DNA of 64,000 nt from Octopus vulgaris (lineage: Eukaryota), in the NCBI GenBank assembly GCA_951406725.2, contig OX597830.1:49352001-49416000 (forward strand), written 5' to 3'. Both the position numbers and the translations under genes were made by a program. Below are positions 1 through 12,434 of the stretch, one piece after another. A model generated the notes under the pieces. That model was not told the origin of the DNA, did not search any database, and saw only the letters and a list, made by a program, of their open reading frames with translations. Within the stretch, counting starts at the first letter, position 1. Each line of letters starts with the position of its first letter.

Positions 1-327
1 CGAGCAGAAGTAGTGGGGGAGCATCATGGCCATGTGTTGAGAGGGATTCTTTGGAGTTTGAATAATTCACCTCTGGAAACATAGGTGTTTCGTTCAACAT
101 CCTAAAGCAACCCTTATTCAGGGACCTTTTGAGCGGGATGGGCTACTCAACCTGAAGAAAATTCTAACTGGGCCCCACCTGCAAGGTCATGTGCTGTTTA
201 TCTTGATATGAGATCACCATGTCGCGCACATATGGTTGTGATGCATACGGGTAGTCATGATGGGTATATTGGGCTTCGTATATTTTACCCCAGTGTCACT
301 TTGATGGCATGAACTGCTCTCTCACTC
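1..327 (+). mobile_element. Interspersed repeat family A (non-coding retroposon or LINE 3' UTR) ending in (AAT)n, cut by the window edge
   Basis: Near-identical to 54846-55194 (CGAGCAGAAGTAGTGGGG...CTCTCACTC then (AAT)n); diverged third copy at about 31351-31540. Confidence 0.8.
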
Positions 328-370
<43 letters not shown>

Positions 371-379
371 GTAATAATA

Positions 380-438
<59 letters not shown>
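328..438. repeat. (AAT)n microsatellite tail
   Basis: Directly visible. Confidence 0.95.
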
Positions 439-799
439 TATAGTTGCTTTAAGCTACTCCAATATAGGGATTTGAAATCGACTATAGGGCACTTCCAGGT
501 AACTGTAAGAGGATTTCATGTTATTTTGTAAGTTAAGACGAAGCATATGTAACCTGAAACCGCTATACCATTGATACTTTCCATCCCGAATAGAAAATAT
601 ATTGCGTGAAAAAGGATCATAGTTAAAATTAAATATATGCACATTGAGGAAAGAACGATGGAGTGACGTTTTCGAAGCTTGACTATTACAATAAAGACCT
701 GCAGCTCGAAAAAGTTATTTAAGTATTTCATGCGCTCCAAAATTACAAGATTATATATATATGCTTGTTCACATCATCATGGTCGAAAACTACGGGTAT

Positions 800-1070
800 A
801 TGCATAATCTCTCCACATTAATTAATATTTGTAGCCATGCTTCTATATTAAGAATGAAGCCTTTCGCTACATTCTTTGGTGTCGTCCAATCAATGAATTC
901 TCCCCTTCCTCGTTTCCCATTGACTCTTTTCTCTACGATGTGGGTGTTGAGGTTGTGGGACTTGATGGCTTGCTCAAAATACTGCTGCGTTCTGTTCCTG
1001 GCTGTTACCAAAAAATACTCTATTTTTCCCTTCCACAAATGCTTAATTGTTTCTGTAATGGTTAGTTCTG
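800..1070 (-). mobile_element. Degraded RTE-like LINE C-terminal fragment
   Basis: Minus translation IVEKRVNGKRGRG...W resembles the RTE ORF end motif (EGKVEGKRGRGRP..W). Confidence 0.5.
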
Positions 1071-1313
1071 CTAAACCTCAATAATCTTCGGTTGCGCGAA
1101 GCTTGCTTGTGTTACTTCCCTTAAATATCCAACTTTCACACCACACAATGCAACAGATCAAACTGGTGCCTTAAGGAACTTTAATTTGGTATTAAGAACT
1201 GGTTTTCCAGTTTGTATTGAGTAAGTCTGATCTGTTTCTATATCGATCTATAGGAGTAGAATGTTGATCTAATAGACATTATATCTAAGAGACATAAGAC
1301 TTGTCAGTCCGCC

Positions 1314-2000
1314 TTATGGTCCCAGCGGACTAAATGGAAAAGGTGTAGCCCTGGAGAATGGCGAGGTAGACACCCTATAACAACCACTCCGACTCACAAA
1401 GTCCGCTCTTGCGAAAATCCATCTCTGCAGTGAACAGGGATGTTTCGAGTCCGTGTACGCCAGAGATCCCGTGTACTGCCACAGGCTCGACAACAAATAC
1501 TTTGACAATTTGACCTCCTCGACTTGACGAGCCTGGGCTTGCAGTTGAGCACACCAGGTTGCCAAAGGAAAGGTGCCGCTGCATGTGGCGTCCCAGACGA
1601 AAGCCCTACAACCGTGGAACGGGAAAATTGTCGCCGTCTGGCCTTTCACTATCACCCTGTCCAGCTCCGTTGGCTCAAGTTGGGTGGGGAGGAGGTTGCG
1701 GCCTTTAAGCCATGCTCTATGTTCTCATTGAGAGAAGCATGGCTTGGAATGTGGTTAACACTAGATGGCATGATAGTAGGTGGAGGCTGACAGATTCCAT
1801 AGCGGAACCGCAGCGGCATTTGTGAAAACCACAGGTCCATAGGCCAGCCCTCAGTGAAACACCGATGCTCAAATAGTCGCTGGCCTGCTGAGTGCCAATC
1901 GAAAGTGACGGCACTGCATTGAGCCAGGCACCACTGAGGGAAGATCGGAAACATACTAGGCGGCGCTGGTCAAGATGGTGCACCGGCAGTAAATTACTGG
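1314..2000 (-). mobile_element. Decayed CRE-like non-LTR retrotransposon 3' end (Zn-knuckle plus restriction-like endonuclease)
   Basis: Across frameshifts: SGAWLNAVPSLSIGT...SLRAG...HKCRCG...HLLSC...HASLNE...RPDG...VWDATC...EEVKLSKY...EPVAV. This is the motif order of CRE-clade C-termini; the segment is a GC-richer island. Confidence 0.75.
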
Positions 2001-2146
2001 GGTAGTATTTACATCCGGGTTTTTTTAGCGCGCGAGAATGAGGATATTTGAACATAACTGCAGATATAATCGGCTGTGCCATTCGCTTTTCTTCGGCTTC
2101 GTGTGGATGTCGGCGTTTGACTCAGCAAATTATATTTTTTTGATAT

Positions 2147-2222
2147 ACTCTACCGACGATCCGAAAATGATTATGTAATTAAAATTACACAATCTATTAA
2201 CGGTGAAACAATTGTATAGAGT
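2147..2222 (+). ncRNA. Type I hammerhead-like motif with one core change (CCGACGA) and a long stem II
   Basis: Stem I ACTCTA/TAGAGT; CCGACGA; stem II CCG..TGTAATT/AATTACA..CGG; GAAA; palindromic stem III ACAATTGT; GUA triplet. Confidence 0.6.
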
Positions 2223-2427
2223 TAATCGATTTTTTCGTTATTTTTCATTTGTCCTGCTCGCTTACATTCTTGGCGCGTTGAATTAATTCTTGAGAACAAT
2301 TCTTTAGTGGTGGATTCCTTTCGTGGATCTATATCTAGCGTTAGAGTGACCACATGTGGACTCTCTCTCATTACTTGTATATATATATATATAGGGCAAA
2401 TAAGAAAATGGAGAGGATATACATTGA

Positions 2428-2641
2428 AGGTGAGGTGGCAGAAACGTTAGCACGCCGGTCGAAATGCTTAGCAATATTTCGTCTGTCTTTACAGTCAGAA
2501 TTCAAATTCCACCGAGGTTGACTTTGCCTTTCGTCCTTTCAGGGTCGATAAATTAAGTACCAGTTGCTTACTGAGGTTAATCTAATCTACTGGCCCACCT
2601 CACCAAAAATTTCGGGCCGCTGTGCCTACAGTAGAAAAGAA
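2428..2641 (+). mobile_element. SINE family B (tRNA-like head, central GACTTTGCCTTTC..GGGTCGATAAA..AAGTACCAG domain)
   Basis: More than 10 related copies in the window on both strands; the central block resembles, from memory, the MetaSINE conserved domain. Confidence 0.75.
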
Positions 2642-3294
2642 TATATATATGAGAATGTGTGTGTGTTTGTGTACAGTATGCGTGTGAACAAGTGAAGAGA
2701 CTGGATTTTGGATACCCAAGCTTGAAATAGTATATGTTTTCTTGAAAAGAAATTACCAATATCTATTTAAATAGCCAAGGTTTGTATTTAATATCACAGA
2801 CATCTGAAATAAGGGCATCACCGGTTCTAATTCTATTAACGAACTGTATTTTTCCTTAACTTTTGTGCCTAAATTTTACCCTTGTGTGTCCACATAATTC
2901 GTGCAGTAAACGTGTTATAAATGATATGCTTTTACGTCTGTATATGCGTGCGCATATATGTGTCTGTGCCAGACAGCCGACTATTTTATTTAACTAAGCA
3001 TATGACATGTTTGTGAGTAGGATAATTCCACATTAGTTCATAACATATACTGCGTCAGTCTTCGCTGTATCGCGAGACTTTGTCACACATTGGAATATGC
3101 GTATACATTCACATGAAACACTTGCATATACGCACCGATTTGCCGATCTGCACCAGAATGCAAACACAATTTCATCCGCCGAAGCACAAACACACATACA
3201 CACTCACATGCACACACACACACATGTGCACAGATATATATATATACATGTGTGTGTCTGTATATGTAATATATATATACATACATGCATACAT

Positions 3295-3385
<91 letters not shown>

Positions 3386-4538
3386 AGTCGCGTACATATA
3401 TATGAATACATACATGTATACATATATCTGGTCTAAATGCGAATCCAAATAATTGTCCCTTAGCAAATATCAAAGACAACTAGTAAATCTAGCAGCAAGC
3501 ATTTAAGTTAGGTTCTTCCTAAGGCGATAATGTATAAGTTACCTTAAGTAGGATTAACACAGTAAAAAGCCTCAAAGAGAACCAATAGTAAGATTCTGCA
3601 TTGGGCATTATTCCGTTTGTATATTATCCATAAAAAAAAACAAACTAAAATGAATCAAACGTTTAGAAATATACAATGTGAATGTTCTTTTTCGTCTTTA
3701 CGTTTGTTTTTTGTTGAAAATATTTGAAATGGATTTTTGCTACGCCTGAAGATATGGCTGTGAAGGAGCTATTCTTGAACATTTTAAGGAAGTACTTAGC
3801 AGTATGAAGAATTTTATTCTCACTAAAGTGACTTGACAAGTCTATAGAGATAATGCATTTCTTAACGTTTAATTTGATTGCCTCGGCGCCATACACTATA
3901 CATTGTCAAATTTGAAGTCGAATGAAGCAGCTGGTTTTACTTAATACCAGATAATACGAAGAAAAATATGCTAAAAACAACGCAAAACAAAACAAAAAAC
4001 ATTGTAACTGCAGCAAATATTGAAACTGGAAATTAATGTGTACAGCTAAAACCCTTTGAAATAGTTAAAGCTGTCATATGAACTCTTAAGTTCCGGAATA
4101 CTCAAGAGTTGATTTTAACATAATCTATGCAATTATGGCGGAGAAAGAGAAGTGAAAGTGATTTTGTTTGCATTGTTGTTGTATTAAATAGGGTTTTTTT
4201 TGTTTTTAGAAGTAAGAATAGCGAATAAACGTTTTGTAGCAGGCAGGGATTAGAGACGTTTTATGGTGTGTCCTGTCAACAGAACTTCTTTGTAACTATT
4301 GTCAAAATACTCCGGCCACTTAGCCGTAAGCGGACATCACTAAGCGGAAGGGTCCATCGATTTTAAGGTGCACCAATAAAACAAGGTTGTACTCATGCAC
4401 TGCTTTGGTATGCTGAGTGGAATATTATCACTCGTCATCTTAATACAACATAATAACTGACCTTGAGGCTAAGAATGTTTGTGCCTGGCCTGAAGCAGAA
4501 ACAGTGACTTACAATCTTTTATCATTTATGAGTCTCAG

Positions 4539-4920
4539 CTATTGGACTATGGCCATGCTGGGGTATCGCCGTGAAGAATTTTTAGTCGAATGAACCGATC
4601 CCAGTACGTTTTTTAAAGCCTGGTACTTATTCCACCGGCCCCTTTTGCCGAACCGCTGAGTTATGGGGATGTAAGTACAGCAACACCGGTTGTGAAGTGG
4701 TGATGAGAGACAAACACAAAAACAAAGGCGCACACACCGACATTCACACACACACACGATGAGTTTCTTTCCGTGTCCGTCTAATAAATCCACTCACAAG
4801 GTTTTGGTCGGCCAGAAGGTATAGTAGAAGACACTCTCCCAAGTTTCCACGCAGTGAGACTGAACCCGAGACCATGTGGTTGGGAGGCAAGTTTCTAACC
4901 TCGCAGCGACGCTTGCGCCT
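4539..4920 (-). mobile_element. SINE family C (diverged copy)
   Basis: Reverse complement aligns by eye with 5281-5729. Confidence 0.75.
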
Positions 4921-4967
4921 ACAAGTAACATTAACTGTAATGCAAATTTGTCAGATAAAAATGAAGA

Positions 4968-5002
<35 letters not shown>

Positions 5003-5280
5003 AGAAAGTAATTGGTCTAATGAGCTGTTGGAAATAACAACCAAATCACCTTAAAATTAAACTCAGTTGTCTTTCAATTTGGAAATACATTGATAGATGC
5101 GCTCCTAACTCAAATTTGTTCTGATAGGTACGTTTTTTTATCATATAACTAATTGAACAAAAATAAATTTTGTGGGCCAAACAACGTCAGGGCACCATCA
5201 TCAAAAACATCTACAGGAACCATACAGGAATTTATCTTATTTTCTAAATTCCAAAGTACTGATAAATTATGTATAAATAT

Positions 5281-5446
5281 AGGAGTAGGAGTGGCTATGT
5301 GGTAAGTAGCTTGCTTACCAACCACATGGTTCCGGGTTCAGTCACACTGCGTGGCACCTTGGGCGAGTGTCTTCTACTATAGCCTCGGGCCGACCAAAGC
5401 CTTGTGAGTGGATTTGGTAGATGGAAACTGAAAGAAGCCCGTCGTA

Positions 5447-5508
<62 letters not shown>

Positions 5509-5729
5509 GTGTGTGTGTGTGTGTGTATGTTTGTGTGTCTGTGTTTGTCCCCCCAACATCGCTTGACAACCGATGCTGGTGTGTTTACTTAGCGGTTCGG
5601 CAAAAAGCGACCGATAGAATAAGTACTAGGCTTACAAAGAATAAGTCCTGGGGTCGATTTGCTCGACTAAAGGCGGTGCTCTAACATGGCCACAGTCAAA
5701 TGACTGAAACAAGTAAAAGAGTAAAAGAG
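5281..5729 (+). mobile_element. SINE family C with internal (TA)n(TG)n and a (GTAAAAGA)n tail
   Basis: tRNA-like head (GTGGCTATGTGGT...GGTTCAGTC), CORE-like GGCACCTTGGGCGAGTG; near-identical copies at 14193 and 52824. Confidence 0.85.
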
Positions 5730-6394
5730 TATGATGATAGTTTACTGTGTGACTCTACCGACTTCATGCATGGCTGCTGAGTTTCAGTTGGTATCTATGT
5801 TATTGCAAGTTAGAAACCCAATACACTGTACTGTGAACAAACACCAAAACTTCGAAATAGAATCGAAAATAATTCATGTGTAAAATTTCGTCGATGCATA
5901 AAATAAGTGAGTCTCACATGGGCAAATGTAAACGTCTATGTACTGGCATGCAGAATCATTTAGACTAACTGATGATACTGATGATAAATGATACTGATGA
6001 GATGAAATAGATCGAAACATAGGTCCACAGTTGTCTCCTCTCATCCATGAACAAAATACAGAGTGTATTTCCCCCTGACAGCATAAACTATCTTTAGGAA
6101 TTTATTCCTGATTTTCTTGAAATTATTTCCATTTCTTTTCCAGAGTAGCTAACAGTTTTCGCTATGTTTTTGTATTTGTGTCTCAAATGGTGGAAAATTT
6201 TAATAAATTAAAATTCATTGTGTATGTCTGTCAGTTGACAGCTGTATAATGAGGATTTGGCGGGGCATCACATGGACAGGCTACACAAAATGTGAAATTA
6301 GATGAGTGAAATGTTTATATATACATACATAAACAAATAATTTGAACTCAGATAGTAAAGCATTTTCTCCAGCGATTCTGCCAGCTCGTTATCT

Positions 6395-6420
6395 TAATAA
6401 TAATAATAATAATAATAATG

Positions 6421-6487
<67 letters not shown>

Positions 6488-6532
6488 TAATAATAATAAT
6501 AATAGTAATAATAATAATAATAATAAAAATAA
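6395..6532. repeat. (AAT)n microsatellite next to a degraded minus-strand family B SINE (about 6533-6730)
   Basis: Directly visible. Confidence 0.9.
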
Positions 6533-7119
6533 TTTCTAATTTAGGCGCATGGTTTACAATTTTGAAGTGAAGGGGTATGGGCGATAACATCAACCTCATT
6601 ACTAGACTGGTACTTCTTTTTCCTCGACCCTAGAGGGAGGAAATACATAAATGACAGTGGAAGGATTTGAACGCAGAACAGAAAGACCTAATATTGCAAA
6701 TATTTTTTATGGCACAGAAATGATCCTACGAAACGGTAATTTTTCATTTTAATAAGTTCTGGCTTCATAAAACTATTTTTGCTTGCTTTGTGATTATTAT
6801 AATTTACAAAGACATCAACATCGCAATCTCTCACAATCATGATTTCATTTCTTTTAAAGTTTGGTCCAAAATAATCTCATATTTAAATTATTTTCGACTA
6901 TTTGGTATGAATTTATAATAGATTTAAATAATTCTTTTTCTTTGACATGCTTAAAGGAATAATTATTAGTTCTAAAATTTCTGTTCTTTCTTTCAGCGTA
7001 ATTCATGTCAATAAATGAAGCTGGAAGTTTCGGTCTGCCTGTTGTAATGCATAAGAAAGTGCTATGAGTCTACCCATAATTGCTCACCGATATCCTACAA
7101 CGCTTGCGTCAATATAAGA

Positions 7120-7151
<32 letters not shown>

Positions 7152-7986
7152 ACCTTTCTCTCATGAGAATCTTACATTGTGATATATCACATCGGACCAA
7201 CATTGTATGAGCGTAATCTCGTTGAGAAAATATATTACTCTAATTACACACACACACACAAACAAACACACGCACGCACAATATGATTGCTTCTATATAA
7301 GATACTTTCTCTTTCTCTTTCTCTTTCTCTCTCTCTCTCATATATATATATACATCGTTTCTCCAATGGTTTGTGCTATATTACATCGGGCTAGCATTAT
7401 ATGCGCGTGAACTCGTTGAGAAAATGTATTACTCTAATTACACACATGCGCACACACCGAGGGCTAATTTATACATAATATTTGTGTAATATTAATATCT
7501 AAAAATTAATTTCTTACAATTACTAGTTATTAATTAAATGGAAACAACATGTTAGTCATTTATACGTTTACACCATATGACCTATGACAACTTGTTGGTT
7601 CTATTTTATGATTAGAGATATTAAGATAATTGATTTCTATGAATTGAACCGCGAGTAAAATAATTATTTCTAAAAGAAATAAGCTAAAATAAATCGATCT
7701 TGACATCTTGATTATTTGCGAATTCTTGGCGTTATTGGAAAAGTCTGTACCACATATTCTAAATTGCTTTCAAATCTCTTAAGCGCTTCTGAAGCTAGAA
7801 TTTAATGATACAATATGCTTGGAGTCCCAATGGGGTAACCTTGCTTGTAGTACATGAATATCGAATATTTATTCCTATAAATTCAGAAGAAGTTGCTAAT
7901 GTATATAAAATTCTCTCTCGTTAAGTATTTAGTAGATTGGTACAATGAGTTGGAGACTTGATCCATCACTCGGTTTAGCACCACCA

Positions 7987-8370
7987 CTAGAGGTGCAATG
8001 GTCCAGTGGTTAGGGTGGCGGACTCGCGGTCGGAGGATCATGGTTTCGATTCTCAGACCTGGCGTTGTGTGTGTTTATTGAGCGAAAACACCTAAAGCTT
8101 CACGAGGCTCCGGCAGGGGGTGGTGGCGACCCCTGTTGTACTCTTTCGCTCCAACTTTCTCTCACTTTTTCTTCCTGTTTCTTGTCCCCGACTTCCTACG
8201 CAACCGCTGAGCCTGGATGCGCATTCATCCATCCGTCGATGCTCTCGGTGTCGGGGGTTGACCTGCTTTCTCTTCTGCGGGTCTTACGAATAGCAAAGGA
8301 CCACGTTTCGGACTTCTCCCACTAGGGACGAAGACCGCTTCGCTCAACAAACAAACAAACACACAAACAA
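7987..8370 (+). mobile_element. tRNA-derived SINE with (CAAA)n tail and 10-bp TSD
   Basis: A-box TGGTCCAGTGG and B-box-like GTTTCGATTC; AGCACCACCA flanks both sides (7977-7986 and 8371-8380). Confidence 0.75.
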
Positions 8371-10028
8371 AGCACCACCATCATCAAATGCCTTTAATAG
8401 AACCCTTTCCGGTGCAAGCAGACGAGTCATCTCTCTTGTAGAATGACAACTTCCTCTCGCCTTCTCACCAATCACAGTGTTCTTGTAAATGGTCAAGAAG
8501 TTATATGGAACTACTAACATTGTGAGGCTTATAAGGGCTTATAAGGGCTTATAAGGGCTAGTGGGTAAGAAAATATAAAACTGCCGAACTGCGTTGCAAT
8601 ATTTAGGGATCAATAGTGAAATAGTAACGGTCTTAGCTTTATCTTTCCTCTGTGTCTTCAATATACAAATCAAAATATTGGATTCTGTGCAACGTCTTCA
8701 ACAACAACAACAACAACAACAACAACGACGACGACGACGACGACGATCATGATGATGATGATGATGATGTTGATGTTGATGATGATATATATTTTTCCTT
8801 AAAAGAAGTACTAAGAAGAGAGAACTTCTGAATCTAAAATATCAAGTGTTGAGAAGAATCAATCTTACATTATTTGTCTTTGTTTGAGAAACGAAAATAT
8901 TTTATAACTAAACCAAAATTCCAGAATCTCTCCAAGAATATAGACCATTCTTTTGTTTGAAGTGTCTCAAAGAAAAATATGTTTCTAGTTGTTTTCATCT
9001 CCAGCTGTAATATTTTTGGCTTTTATAAGAAGCACACATTAATACTGCTATCATAACATTTGTTAGAGAATTATTAAAATTTGATCTGATTTCTAATATT
9101 TATTTTATCATATTTCCTGTTTTTGAGATTGTAAACATCAGTCATTAAGAATTAAAGAAAATTACACGAACTTTGGATACAGTATTTTGCAGTAAATATG
9201 ATATTCATTGCATAAATAAACCTAATTGAAGACAAATCAACCCCTCTAAGGCATATATTGAGTCAATAAAAACATACTAAGAAATGTAAATTAGACGGTT
9301 ATGGATGTTACCAAGTCTCATCACTGTTCTATGAAATACTTAGTTGTCACCTTTTAAAAAGATATTTAAAAACTGGGGCTTGATTCCAGCAATTAGATAT
9401 CGCAGCCTCCGATCACCCAATATTTATCGTTGATCTGTTTAAAAGCTTAATTTCATCATGTGATGCATCAACATAGGCGAATCGTATATCAAGATAGTCA
9501 TCTATAAACGTAAGTCCCTACTCGGCAATAAAGAGTCGATCTGGGTGAGGAAACCTGAATCCGCAGACATATCCCACGTCTTGATGGTCTTTTGCTACGA
9601 CGCTGTCGTGGTATGATTAACCTGTACACAGTAGACACACTTAAAACTATATTCTAATATTACAATAGTGGATTATACTGCTATAATGGATAAGCCGTAT
9701 CACTGAACTGTTATTGTTACACTCTGCATACTATCAATATGTTTAAACCCACATATCTAATATATGCAGGAGTTTCTAAACTTTTTAAAGGAGGTTATTT
9801 TCGAGAACAGGGATTGATATTATAATAAGGGCCTTGCATATTTCCCAAGTCGGGAATAGACTCAGAAGGACAATGTAATTCACACCACGTAACAAATTCC
9901 TTGATCTGCGAGATAAGCATTTCCAAATTATTACAGGATCAGAAAATTTGTGTCACTAGTTGTTTTATGAGAATCAACGATCGTTGAGATTGTAGCTTAA
10001 AGGCACACATCATGAACAAAACAAAACT

Positions 10029-10245
10029 TCTTTTCTACTCTAGGCACAAGGCCCGAAATTTTAGGGGAGTGAGCTAGTCGATTAGATCGCACCAGTATGT
10101 AACTGGTAGTTAATTTAGCGACCCCCAAAAGATGAAAAGTAAAAAAAAAATCGATCTCGGCGGAATTTGAACTCAGAACACAAAGAGAGACGAATTGCTT
10201 ATCAGCATTTCCACCGGCGTGCTAACGTCTCTGCCAACTCGCCGT
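10029..10245 (-). mobile_element. SINE family B
   Basis: Reverse complement of the 2428-2641 family. Confidence 0.8.
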
Positions 10246-11071
10246 TGTATGAACAACACAAAATTTGAGTGGTTCATGCTGAGTAGAAATGCCAAATTAC
10301 CTTTAAATCATACTTGCAAGTTGAAATTCGTTTAGTTTGAAACTGAATTTACGTCAGGGCTAATTATTAGTAAAATAGTTTCCTTAAACTATTCTTATTT
10401 CTATTCGGCATACCTGCTAAAGACATTTTAATGTCTGTGCAACTGTATATTTACTGAGAATTGTCTGTTTAGGGCAATATTTTATAATCTACAATAAATG
10501 CGAAAACGTTGGTTTGTAGTATTACGTTTTAATGGCAGATGTTGACAATCCTAGAAATATGATAAAACAAAACAACAATTATAAAGAAAATTAATTTTCA
10601 ATAATTCTGTAAATAATGAAATTATAGCAGCGTTAATGTGCTCTACCTCTTAAAGTCAAAAATATTTTGAAACAAAACAAATTGAAACAAAGTTTGCTTA
10701 CAAGAGTGTTCCTATTAGTAAAATAGAGACATATTTTCCCCAAATCAGGGTATTCTTAAATGTTGTTGTTTGTATTTGCAGAATAATATGTCGTTTTCGT
10801 AATGTTGGGAGACGAGTGGAAGAATAGTTAGAGCGTCGGTTAATTTACCATTCTGTAGTTGTTCTGAATCTTTAATGAGTGCATTGAAATCCTGCTCATG
10901 TTTGGTGTTCCATAATTCTAAAGTCGATTAAATAAAATGTTTTCGCCGATATAATCGGTCGCGCTCTCCACTCTCTCCAGTTTATAACTATGTGCTTCTG
11001 TTAGAAACATTCTTATTATTACTGTACCGGTTATAATCGGTAGAGTAACGAACAAAATAGATTGCTATTTT

Positions 11072-11497
11072 CAGGGCCGGATTAAGACCCATCGAGGCCC
11101 TAAGCACTTAAAAGATTTTGGTGCCCCCATAAAATATTATGTAATTCAAAATATAAAAAATAGCAAACCATAAAATAAATTCTTATTTTTCAAAATGAAA
11201 CAAAACAGTAAGAGGGAAAATGACGTTTATTTTTGTCTCCTTCCACTTTATTTATATTTGAAAAGTTTCCTCCTACTGTTTTGCTTTGCAAAGTCTTTGA
11301 TGAGATCCTTAAAATTAATATTAGGCAACACATCTGCATCTATACTTAGTTGAGCTAAAAGCATCCCGAGTATTATTTCAGCAAGTTTAAACTGATTTCT
11401 TTTGTGCCGTAAGCCATTTACTGTTTCTGTGGTGCCCCCTCCTTCCCTTGATGCCCTAAACACGTGCTTATTTTGTTTAATGGTTAATCCAGCGCTG
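11072..11497. mobile_element. hAT-type non-autonomous DNA transposon (MITE) with transposase C-terminal remnant
   Basis: TIRs CAGGGCCGGATTAA / TTAATCCAGCGCTG (12/14 match); 8-bp TSD GCTATTTT at 11064-11071 and 11498-11505; minus ORF LAQLSIDADVLPNINFKDLIKDFAKQNSRRK resembles the end of the hAT dimerisation domain. Confidence 0.85.
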
Positions 11498-11804
11498 GCT
11501 ATTTTGTTTCATTTTGAGTTCGAATCCGGTATCAACTTCGTTTTTCCACCTTTACAGTCTATAAAACAAGTACCAGTTATGTGCGTAGATATATTTACTA
11601 AGTTTGTATTATAACTCATTCGTTCAGGGAAAGTGGGTCGGCTGAATCATTAGCGCATCGAACAAAATGCTTTACTATGTTTCAAGCAACTCTTTATATT
11701 TGAGTTCAAATTTATCGAGGTCAACTTTACCTTCTTTCACGGTCGATAAATTTAGTGAATATCAAATATTGAGGATGATGTTATCGAGTAACTGCACCTA
11801 CAAT

Positions 11805-11877
11805 TATTATTATTATTATTAATATTCTTCTTCTTCTTCTTCTTCTTCTTCTTCTTCTTCTTCTTCTTCTTCTTCTT

Positions 11878-11961
<84 letters not shown>
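11805..11961. repeat. Compound (ATT)n(TTC)n(ATT)n microsatellite
   Basis: Directly visible. Confidence 0.95.
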
Positions 11962-11963
<2 letters not shown>

Positions 11964-12175
11964 GTAGCCTTACCTTTGTCACGTGCTTTCACTGCACTAC
12001 CGGGTGCAGCTCTGTGTGCCTTGCTATGTGCTATGGTTTGTTTTGATGCTCTTATTTTTACTGTATTGAAAGTGTTTTACGTAGGATGTGTGTGGTGCCT
12101 AGTAGTGCTATCTTCTGTATGCTATATATATATTTGTTAGTCCTGGTGTTTTTGTTATGTATTTTTCTGGGTATT
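11962..12175 (-). mobile_element. R4/Dong-like LINE extreme 3' end
   Basis: Minus strand encodes IQKIALLGTTHILRK and shares the 3' UTR (GAGCTGC.C.CGGTAGTG.AGTGAAAGCACG) of the 19430-20198 copy; (ATT)n on both sides. Confidence 0.8.
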
Positions 12176-12213
12176 TTTTATTTTCTTCTTATTCTTATTC
12201 TTCTTCTTCCACG

Positions 12214-12305
<92 letters not shown>

Positions 12306-12403
12306 CATTTTTGACTGAGGACAATATTTCTTTGTAGGAGAGGCAGATGCCTCTCTGTTGTGTGTTTATAGCAACAATTTTATAACAACATACATGTCTG
12401 AGA

Positions 12404-12434
<31 letters not shown>

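Noticed and set aside
3080-3479. ORFs rich in YI/HT/CV/N/I repeats here and throughout the window
   Set aside because: They are translations of microsatellites, which lack stops in most frames.
6979-7100. Strong acceptor-like TTCTGTTCTTTCTTTCAG
   Set aside because: No supporting reading frame or donor; common by chance in AT-rich DNA.
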